A DNA stretch of 64,000 nucleotides from Camelus dromedarius (Eukaryota): NCBI RefSeq assembly GCF_036321535.1, contig NC_087438.1, forward strand, positions 9,240,001 to 9,304,000. Reading direction: 5' to 3'. Made by a program: the position numbers and the translations under genes. This document shows, piece by piece, positions 55,105 through 64,000 of the stretch (position 1 is the first letter of the stretch; the number at the start of each line of letters is the position of its first letter). Under the pieces are notes generated by a model that saw nothing but the letters and a program-made list of their open reading frames with translations, ran no database searches and was not told the DNA's origin.

Positions 55105-55156
55105 GTCAAAAAGGAGACTGCTTTGACATTGACCGATATTTTTTCAAACCTGATGC
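55105..55156 (-). pseudogene. Candidate pseudo-exon (52 bp)
   Basis: Very strong acceptor gtttcttctgtttctcttcag|, donor GAC|GTAAGA; phase-1 frame open (xIRFEKISVNVKAVSFL). Confidence 0.6.
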
Positions 55157-55649
55157 CTGAAGAGAAACAGAAGAAACAAATTTTTTTAATTCCAAATTTT
55201 ATGCTTTACTTCTTTGTTTGCTTGTGGTTTTAGGTATAAAGCTAGCAGGCAGTGATGATTTGAAAAGAAAACAAAATTTAGCTAAGATGGCATTGGATTT
55301 CAATTCTAACATTGTCAGTTACTAGCTATTGAACCTTGAGACAAGTATGTGATACAGTTTTCTCATCATTAATGGAAGATATAATGTATGCCTTTCTGTG
55401 TTAAGTAAGTGCTAAATGTAATCGTAGGTATCAAGCATATGGGCAGCACTCCCAAATAGCAGCCTACTCTACATACAAATATACAATGTGCTTTTCTCGT
55501 TTATCTCCACCTTCGAATAGAAAGTGATTGTCACCTTTTCCCTGCCTCAGAATTCTTGGAGAATTTTTAAATGATTTAGATGCATGGAGCCCAAATCTGA
55601 TGATCTGATATACTGATTCAGTTGGTGCTGTGTTGTTGACCTGGCTAAA

Positions 55650-56890
55650 CACACACACACACACACATTGTAGTGAGCACACCTATGTAATGTGCATCTA
55701 CATCCAGACACAGTACGTTACCAGGACCCCAGAAGCTCCACCTGTGCTCTTTTCCAGGCACATCCCCCAAGGACAACAGCTAAAGGGACGTCTAACAACA
55801 GAGATTACTTTTGTCCAGTTTTGTGTTTGTTTCAACGTTATGTTTGTGAGAGTTATCTAAGTGGTTGTGTATAACTGTAGATAATGTATCTATTAATTGT
55901 ATCTAATTAAACTACTTGTATATAATAGCAATGCATTCTCTAAATACATCGTAACCACTTTATTCATTCTCCTCTTGAGGATCATAAGGGTAATTTCTAG
56001 ATTTTGGCTAATAAGAGTAGGGCTGCTATTCCATAAACATACATGACATTTTATAAACGTGTATCTGTTAGATATCTTCTGAGGAATAGAATTGCCAAGT
56101 TCTGTGGTATTCATAAGGTCACATGTAGTAGAAACTAATATTTTCCAAATTGTTTGGCTCAGGTTACCTTCTCAGTAACACTACATGAGAGGGCCAAGGA
56201 TGCCCCATTTCTTCTAACACTTGCATTTTTCATAGTTTTTAATTTTAGCCATTGTAATGGGAGCATAATGATATCATACTGTGGTTTTAATTTGCATTCT
56301 TGATTTATAAAACTTAGCGACTTTCATGGTTTGAATGCCTTTTTACAGTCTTTACTCAAGTCTGTTTGCCTTATTTTCTATTGTTTTGGATTTTTATTTC
56401 TTCTTATTAACATTATATAGTCTGGGGCTAAGGTGTTTGTTTTTGTCAGGTACCTGTATTATCAATAACCTATCTTCCTCTAAGCATGGCCTTTTTAATC
56501 TCATAATGCTGTACACTGACACAGGTTTTCTTAATTTTAATGTATCAGTTAGAGTTATCATTTTTCTCTTGCTGTTAGTGTTTTTTGTGCCCTCTTTAAG
56601 AAATATCTGCCTACTCTAAGATAAAAGATTTTATGTGTTTTCTTCTCAAAACTTTATCATTTTTTTTGAAATTAGATTTGAAATCTAACAGGAATTGACT
56701 TTTTGTCTGCTGATTTGTTTCTGGATCCTCTATTCCATTGCATTGGATGCTTGTCTTACATAATACGAGACTGCTTTAATTGCTCTAGCTGTATAAAGTT
56801 CTTAAGATCTGATTGCAAAACCTCCAACTATTTTATTTTTTTCACTTGCATTGAGTATTTGTGGCTCTCTGCTCTTCCGTATCAAGTACT
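55650..56890 (-). mobile_element. Old L1ME-type fragment
   Basis: Antisense motifs ttttagccattgtaatggg, gtggttttaatttgcatt, tctattccattg. Confidence 0.75.
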
Positions 56891-57273
56891 TCAATGTACC
56901 CCACTGATTCAGAGGTGCCACTGGGAGCATAAAATCCCCTGTATTTCTGACCTGTTTATGTGTATGTCTGCCCAGCTATCTATGGCTTTGGAGATAGCCC
57001 TAGCTCAGTAAAGCAAGGCTGCCTATTCTTAATGTTGGAAACTAGCAAAGTAAACAGAATTTCCCAATAGAGCTGCCCTGAAGAGTGCTGGGCCAAGGGC
57101 ACATGACCTAGTGCATCAAAAGTGCTTTCATAGTGTATATTTATTTTGTCTCCTCCTTTGACTATAAGCCTCATGAGCATCTTTGATATGCTCAATATTA
57201 TACCAGCAAGCACTATAAAGCTTAAGGTCCTCAATTAAGATGCACTGAATGTATGACTGAATGAATTCATTCA

Positions 57274-57603
57274 TTGTGTGAGTAAGCCTGTCTTCCCTTG
57301 GAAACACCATGTTAACAAGATTATTAAATAATCAAGTGTAATCTCTCTTTCAGGTAAATATTAGCATCTTATTAAGTGAAGAGTTAATAGTGGTCTGATG
57401 AATTCCATTAGCTCATCCCCAGTGACATTTTTCGTCTTGTCAGTGTGTTGGAGAAAACGTAAATAGGGCAGTCTGATGAAATGGCGTGTAAGCGTTAGCC
57501 TTGAGAGTCATAGCCAGAATCTGTTTCCTCGCTCACAAATTACAGTTCACGATGCTGACTGAAACGTGAAGTATTTGATACGGTCTCGTCGCCCAAATGG
57601 TAC
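57274..57603 (-). pseudogene. Candidate pseudo-exon(s) with EF-hand-like loop; donor unresolved
   Basis: Acceptor tattactactag| in phase 0, matching the preceding donor. Reads VPFGRRDRIKYFTFQSAS*TVICERGNRFWL*LSRLTLTRHFIRLPYLRFLQHTDKTKNVTGDELMEFIRPLLTLHLIRC*YLPEREITLDYLIILLTWCFQGKTGLLTQ. Locally CpG-richer than the flanks. Confidence 0.6.
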
Positions 57604-57792
57604 CTAGTAGTAATAGTAAAATATAGATGGTTTCCACATAATTAAGTAGTAGAGCTTCATAATAAATTACTTTGTATCACTGACTATGGGTAGATGAGCT
57701 TATGGTATTGACTCTGTCTAGAGGATTTGAGATAGTTCTACACTAAGACTTGGTGTCTCATGCAGTCGGCTACACTTTAAACCAAAACTCAC

Positions 57793-57841
57793 CTTTACCG
57801 AGCTATTATCTAAACCACCGTTTAGGTACTCAAATTCATAT
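57793..57841 (-). pseudogene. Candidate pseudo-exon (49 bp, phase 2-0)
   Basis: Long pyrimidine tract ...ttactaatttag|, perfect donor AAG|GTGAGT; open frame xYEFEYLNGGLDNSSVK. Confidence 0.65.
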
Positions 57842-58320
57842 CTAAATTAGTAACAGAATTAAAGAAGGAAAATGTTATAAGTAATTTTAACATTTCACAG
57901 GCACACACACACACTCACACACAAATACACACAAGTGAAGAATGATTGTGATGGAAGTAGTCCAGTCAATGTACTGAAATACGCAAGTCGCAATCCTGTT
58001 TGATTTGGACTTTAATTTCATATCACTAGTTAATACACCAAATATTCTCAGTTTGTTCAATCTTAATTCTAGGCCCATACAGAATTACTTTCTAGAAGTC
58101 TTACCAATCATCTCTATTTTCAGCTCTTTGATAAATGCATTGAATTTCCAGTTCAGTGTGTATATAATTTTGGAAGGTGTCACACAAAGACCCTAATTCA
58201 TTCATCTTTAATTCAAGAATGGAAAGTTCAGCTGTAGTAGCAAGCGACTGGAATTTATGATGTGAAGATGGATTAGTTGCGTCTCATCTTGAAATGGCAT
58301 TGAACGTTATACACCCTTAC

Positions 58321-58430
58321 GAGCATCGATACTTGCTCACAAACGTGAACCAGTCACATATCTCTTCTTTGACAACAAGGGAGAATGAAATACAGCAATA
58401 ATCGTAATGTGCATACAGCATCTGTTGCTT
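58321..58430 (-). pseudogene. Candidate pseudo-exon (110 bp)
   Basis: Acceptor tgtttcttggctcag|, donor CTC|GTAAGG. Phase-0 frame is open (KQQMLYAHYDYCCISFSLVVKEEICDWFTFVSKYRC) and ends phase 2, matching the next exon; the phase-1 frame (xATDAVCTLRLLLYFILPCC...) is an alternative. Confidence 0.55.
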
Positions 58431-59274
58431 CTGAGCCAAGAAACACATATATAAAGAAAGCCTCCTCTCAGGGGGTCCTTTCTCACAGCCTTCTCTCGTA
58501 AGCGTCCAGAATTTCAGAGTTTGATTAGCGCCAGTATATTTCAACCTATTTTTCATCATTCATGAATGGCCATTTGTTCTTTACTAATATGCATCTATTA
58601 TAATTCGTATTACTGAGGGATGAACATTAAGTGATTTCCAGTAATACTCCCCATCCATGATCATATAATTTTATGCATATGTAAGTATTTTGAAAGAGAG
58701 ATTTCTCGAATTGGAATGTCTGACTGAAAATGTTCATGAATTTATAATTTTAATACAAATCTCCATATTTTCTCAGAAAGAAAAGACTTTGTTCATGTGT
58801 CCATTCGCCAACAATAGATGAAATTCTCATTTCCCCAAAACCTTTCCAATACTAGGCATTGCTGAGCTCATATAAAATGTCTGTAAAATGATAGGTTAAA
58901 TTATTTTAAAATAATTTAAAATATTTTAATTCAATTGATTAATTCTGAGCTTTAGTACGTTAAAAAATATTATTAGTGGTTATTGTGACTGTTTAGTGTA
59001 AAACCCATTGATTGTCATGGCATTTTTACAGATGGTAAAGTATAGTATATGTACGTCCTCAGTACCTAATACATCTCCATCTGTTTCCTTTGCTGGATGT
59101 TACTTAGTTCAGATTCTTCTCAGCAGTTCCTCTACTCTTTACCTGTCACTTCTGCCTTCTCTATGGTGTCCTGAGTGCTGTTGTCCCAAATTAGGAATTA
59201 TAGCAAGATGGTAATATAAAATGTTATCTCTAAAAACTCTTCTCTCCTCCTGATTTCCAATCAAATTATCAAAT

Positions 59275-60345
59275 TATTACAGTTCCCTGTGCTATACAGA
59301 AGAAATTTGTTTTTATCTATTTTTATATATAGTGGTTAACATTTGCAAATCTCAAATTCTCAAATTTATCCCTTCCCACCCCTTTTACCCCAGTAACCAT
59401 AACATTTTTTACTATGTCTGCAAGTCTGCTTTTTTTGTAGATGAGTTCATTTTTGTAGAGGATGAGTGTCCTCTTTTTTCCTTTTAAAATGACAGGTATT
59501 GACTATTACAGTATCATACAGAGTCACTTCACTGCCCTAAAGATCCTGCTTGTGCCCCACACTCATCCCTCCCCACCCCATCCAATCCTTGGCAACCGTC
59601 CCCATAGTTTTGCCTTTTCAAGAATGTCATGTAGTTGAAATCATCCAGTTTGTAGCCTTTTCAGATTGGCTTCTCTATTTAGTAATATGGATTTAAATGC
59701 CCTCAATATCTTTCACGGTTTGATTGCTCATGTCCTTTTAGCACTGAATAAGATGTTGTCTGAATGTACCACATATTATTTATCCACTTGCCTACTGAAG
59801 GGCATCTTCATTGATTCCAAGTTTTGGTAATTATGAATAATGCTGCTAAAAATATCCATGTGAACATATGTGGACATGAGTTTTCAACTCCCTTAAGCAA
59901 GTACCAAACTGCTGAATCCTATGGTAGGAGTATGTTTAGTTTTGTAAGAAACTGCCAAACTGTCTTCTAAAGTGGCTGCATTCTTTTACATTCCCACCAG
60001 CAATTCCCACCTGTTCCTCCACAAACTCACCAGTATTTCGTATTGTCAGTATTCCATGGCCATTCTAAGAGGCATGCAGTTGTATCTCTTCGTTTTTTGA
60101 ATTTGTGTTTCCCTGATGACACTTGATATGGGGCATATTTTCTTGTGCTTATTTGCCATCTGTGAATTTTCTTTGGTGAGGAGTCAGATAAGGTCTTTGG
60201 CTCATTTTTCAATTAAGTTATTTTTCTTAGTATTGAGTTTCAAGAGTTCTTTTTATATTTTGGATAACAGTCCCTTGTCAGTTGTGTCTTTTGCAAATAT
60301 TTTATCCAAGTCTGTGGCTTATCATGTCATCCTGTTGATTATTTT
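59275..60345 (-). mobile_element. L1 3'UTR fragment (~59275-59490) adjoining an older L1MC-type 3' region
   Basis: gttccctgtgctatacag...cccttcccaccc; then ttcactgccctaaa, gtaagaaactgccaaactgtctt. Confidence 0.85.
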
Positions 60346-60879
60346 TTGATATAAGTAACAAAGTAGATTGGAAACACTACCCTAGGCCATTGTGATCATT
60401 GTATAACATGTAGAATTTCTAGACAATGCAATAACAAGAAAAATTAGCAAAATACTACAAAACAATAACAAAGTGATGCCTTGAATCAATGAATGCATGC
60501 GATGAAAACTAGGGAAAATAAAATAAACCACAACAGGAACTGCTCTGCACTTCAGTGTCTTTACCATATGAAGACGTCTGTTCTTTATCATTAGAGTATT
60601 AGCTAGTGTGAACTTTAAATAAACGTGATGTGCATGCTTCTACAGTTGAGAAAAATCATTCCGTTTTGGATGCTAGATGTAAACAAGAAAAGAATGGAGG
60701 CAATTAGGAAAGTTAGAAGAGCATCCACATAATTAATTTGAGTTTTAATGATAGTTTAAGTGAAGGCAGTAGCTGTGGGGATGATTTAAAAGATAGAGAA
60801 ACTTAAAAATAGTAAGAGCCTTTGTATCAAATGATTTTAATTATTGGTAAATAGAAATGAGGTTTAAAAAAGGATGGAA

Positions 60880-60980
60880 GGGAATAAGAAAGAAAGGAAG
60901 AAAAAAAGAAAGAAAAGGAAAGAAAGAGAAAGAAAGAAAGAAAAAGAAAGGAAGAAAAAAAGAAAGAGAAAGAAAGAGAG

Positions 60981-61071
<91 letters not shown>

Positions 61072-61136
61072 AAAGGAGGGAGGAAGGAAGGAAAGAAGGA
61101 AGGAAGGAAAGAAGGAAGGAAGGAAGGAAGGAAGGG
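60880..61136. repeat. Compound (GAAA)n/(GGAA)n purine tract
   Basis: About 250 bp of almost pure purines; explains the KERK ORFs. Confidence 0.95.
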
Positions 61137-61729
61137 AGTTAAAAATCTGCCCTAGTATTTTTCTCAGGCATTTGGGAGGATGGTATTTTCAGTTGTAGGG
61201 ATAAGATGGAAAAAGAAAACAATTTAAATGACGCTGATGTGTTAAATGTGGACATGCTGAACTTGATATTCTTGTGTAATATCACAGAAAGAATGTTAAT
61301 GAGTAGCTATATTATCTGAGATAAATATGGAGATATGGAAGTTATCAGAATAGATATAATATTAATACCCGCATGGAACGATTGCTGGATAACAAACACT
61401 GCTCTAAGTGGTACTTTAATCTCTGTGACAACTGAATGAGGTAGAATAATAATACTGGATTTTCGTATGTCAGAACATAAAACTGAGACACAAAGGGTTA
61501 AATGCCTTGTCCAAGGTCACAAATTTTGTCAATAGTGGTGCTGAGGTTTGTTTAAGAAAAAAAAAATGCCAAGCAATTTGCAGCAGGGCCTAGGCTTTGA
61601 AACACAGCTTTGAAACACAGCTCCATATAAGATGGTAACTTAAATATTGGAATAGGTGATATCAACCAGGGATAACTTCTAAAATGGCAATAAATTGGTC
61701 TGAGAACTAAATCTTATGGGGAAAATCAA

Positions 61730-62088
61730 CATTAAAAAAGCCAAACTCATAGAAACAGAAGGCAGAGTGGTAGTTTCCAGAAGTTAGGGGAGGAAGGAAT
61801 GAGGAGATGTTGGTCAAAGGTACAGACAACAGTTATAAAATGAATGAGTTCTGGCGATCTGCTGTATACCATGGGGACTAATAGTTAACAATACTGCATC
61901 GTATACTAGAAAGTTGCTAAGACAGTGTTTTTACCACCCAAAAAAGGGGTAGTTATGTGAGGTGATGAATGTGTTAATGAACCTTATTCACATAACCATT
62001 CCATAATATGTGCAGGTACCACCTCACTATACACCTTATAACATTACATAATGTTATATGTAAATTTTATCTCAATACAGCTGGAAAA
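61730..62088 (+). mobile_element. L1MA9-like 3'UTR
   Basis: aaactcatagaaacaga...ggagatgttggtcaaagg...tatctcaatacagctggaaaa. Confidence 0.85.
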
Positions 62089-63554
62089 TTATTGGCAGTG
62101 AAAAAGGAGACTGGGAAGAAAGTAGAAATAGGGCCACCTAAAGACAAGGTGACCATGGAGGGGAGGGCCAAAGTTCTCAAGAGAACTGAGCTTCTCGGGA
62201 ACAAGAGGATGGTGGGCTAACAGCATGAAAGCCACCTAAAGTGACATGGAATATAAGAATAAAAAAATATTGACTGTGTTTTAGCAATTAAGAAGTTCAC
62301 TGTTGATATTGCAGTTAGAACTGCAACATGGTGCAGAGTTGAATGGTTTGGAAAGCATAGGGAAGAAACATGAGAAAGGAACTCAGGAGAAGTGGTGGCT
62401 TGTCTTTTCATGAATTTCAGGTGTATCCTTAAAGATATCAATTAACTTTTTCAAGTTCTGCAAAAAAAAAAATTTTATTGTAAAATGGGTGCAATCCTCG
62501 TTGTTCTAATAACCCATATAATTATATTCTAAAAATATATACTTCTTTATTGCTATTATGAGTTGAAATATATCTTCACTAAAACATACTAGAGGCAGGG
62601 GGGCAGGGGTTGAGGGAAGATGTTTTCTATATTTGCACCACTTGGAAACACAAACCAGTTGGTGCTTTAAGGAAAAAAAAGGCCAATTTTGTTTTGTTGT
62701 TTCCAAATTTCATTGTAAATGGTCTGTACAGAAATAACAGATGCTCCTTTTAACTGGATGTATTCTCTGCAAGACAATAGCTAAGAAAATTGTAACTTGT
62801 ACTTTAAAAGGATAATAAAATAGCACATCAGTGTAAATGAAATTTACTAGTGATCAGAAACAAACACTGAAATTTACCATTTAATGATACATTTCTGCAT
62901 CAGCATTCTTGCATTTCAAAGGCAAATGAACCTACATCTATGAAAAATATTCTGACATCATTAAAGCATTATAAAATGTTTTTGAATGTCTGTGCCTTTT
63001 ATTGCTTCTTCCTCAAAATAATATGTTTACAGACTGACATTTTTGTGCCCATGTTGCAGTAACTTTGAGACCAGAAAGTATGCACTTCACACAACTTTCT
63101 AAATGAATTTCATAAACACAAATCCTAAGGGCAGAAAGGATCTGAAGCACCCCCTAATCTATAAATCAATTTTGATGTTCCAATAAGTATATGTTTCTCA
63201 TGAAAACACTAGTGGCCTAAAAACTATCTCTCTTAGAGTAATTCTACACAAAGGCCTTTGAAATTGAACATGATGAAAAACTCAGAAATACATTAAAAAA
63301 TAAATTTGATTAAATTTAGCCAACATTTGTTACACAGGTACCAAATGCTGTTCCAGGCCTGCCTTTAGTTCCGAACCAAGAGAAATAATCAGACAAGAAG
63401 CAATTAAATATAAAATAATGCGATGAAAACATAATCAAATTATCTATGATCTGCTATGGAATGTAAATCAATTTACTCATATAAATTCGCTGGGAAATTT
63501 CTCCAAAAATTGTATGATTTTATGGTGTATATAACATAATTTTATCTATATTAC

Positions 63555-63797
63555 CTGCTGCTTTCAAGGATAGCTTTCTTGGCTTAGCAGCTGATAATGA
63601 AAATTTGTGGCATTGATTTGGAGTTTGGGACCCAGAGTAATTTTAAGAGTTTTTGAAGATTATTTTCTCACTTCCAGAAGACTGCTCGTGGACAGCAGCT
63701 GCTGCTGCAGCCAGTGCCCCTCACTCTGTAGAAATGATGACATCTGAACTAGACCCGCGTTTTCGCAAGTGCATCAGGTTATGCAGCATTTCAGTCT
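63555..63797 (-). pseudogene. Candidate pseudo-exon (243 bp, phase 1-1)
   Basis: Acceptor tttgttgcag|, strong donor CAG|GTAATA. Reads xTEMLHNLMHLRKRGSSSDVIISTE*GALAAAAAAVHEQSSGSEKIIFKNS*NYSGSQTPNQCHKFSLSAAKPRKLSLKAA (2 stops in ~80 codons). Confidence 0.55.
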
Positions 63798-63807
63798 CTG
63801 CAACAAA

Positions 63808-64000
63808 CTAGTCCCCTCTCATCTTGTTTCACTTTCTGAAATTTATTTCCTGCGGTCAACTGAGGTCCAATAATATTAAATGAAAAAATTCAGAAATAAA
63901 CAATTCGTAAGTTTTAACTTGTGTGCCATTCTGAGTGGCGGGATGAAAAGTCAAGCCATCCAGCTCCGTCCTGCCCAGGATGTGAAGCATCCCTTCGTTC
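63808..64000 (+). mobile_element. MER44/Tigger7-like DNA transposon (runs off window)
   Basis: gcggtcaac..ggtcc..aatattaaatg.aaaatt.cagaaataaacaattc.taagtttt motif. Confidence 0.8.

Larger units (their letters stand above)
6433..63797 (-). pseudogene. Multi-exon unprocessed pseudogene relic, EF-hand-like protein, unidentified; probably extends beyond the window
   Basis: About 18 minus-strand segments with polypyrimidine-AG acceptors and mostly GT donors in non-repeat DNA; several phase-compatible neighbours; two degenerate EF-hand loops; multiple in-frame stops/frameshifts; an L1 inside one exon. Confidence 0.7.

Noticed and set aside
57465..57595. Possible hammerhead ribozyme (CTGATGA...GAAAC...GTC on the plus strand)
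   Set aside because: Stems I and III do not pair next to the core and stem II would be about 80 nt; both CTGATGA copies are explained as the antisense of TTC ATC AGA (F-I-R) codons in the relic exon.
60857..61198. K/E/R-rich ORFs
   Set aside because: Translation of the (GAAA)n microsatellite.

Overview
AT-rich mammalian genomic DNA, most likely camelid (alpaca/llama/camel), inferred from a Vic-1-type tRNA-derived SINE at 14819-14930. Much of the window is interspersed repeats: L1s of several ages, MLT1 and other LTRs, L2/MIR, MER58A, MER63, MER44/Tigger7 and microsatellites. There is no intact protein-coding gene, and most ORF-track entries are repeat-derived or chance ORFs. The main result is a chain of about 18 exon-like segments on the minus strand in the non-repeat DNA, from 63797 to at least 6433. 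Most are bounded by AG/GT splice signals, several neighbours are phase-compatible, and two encode degenerate EF-hand loops. Most carry stops or frameshifts and one is interrupted by a young L1, which points to a large unprocessed (possibly unitary) pseudogene of an EF-hand-type protein that I cannot name. Several L1 insertions have informative junctions: a textbook twin-priming inversion, a 27-bp fold-back palindrome and a ~55-bp target duplication. Repeat family names are from memory of consensus sequences, not a database search, and repeat boundaries are approximate unless a TSD is given.
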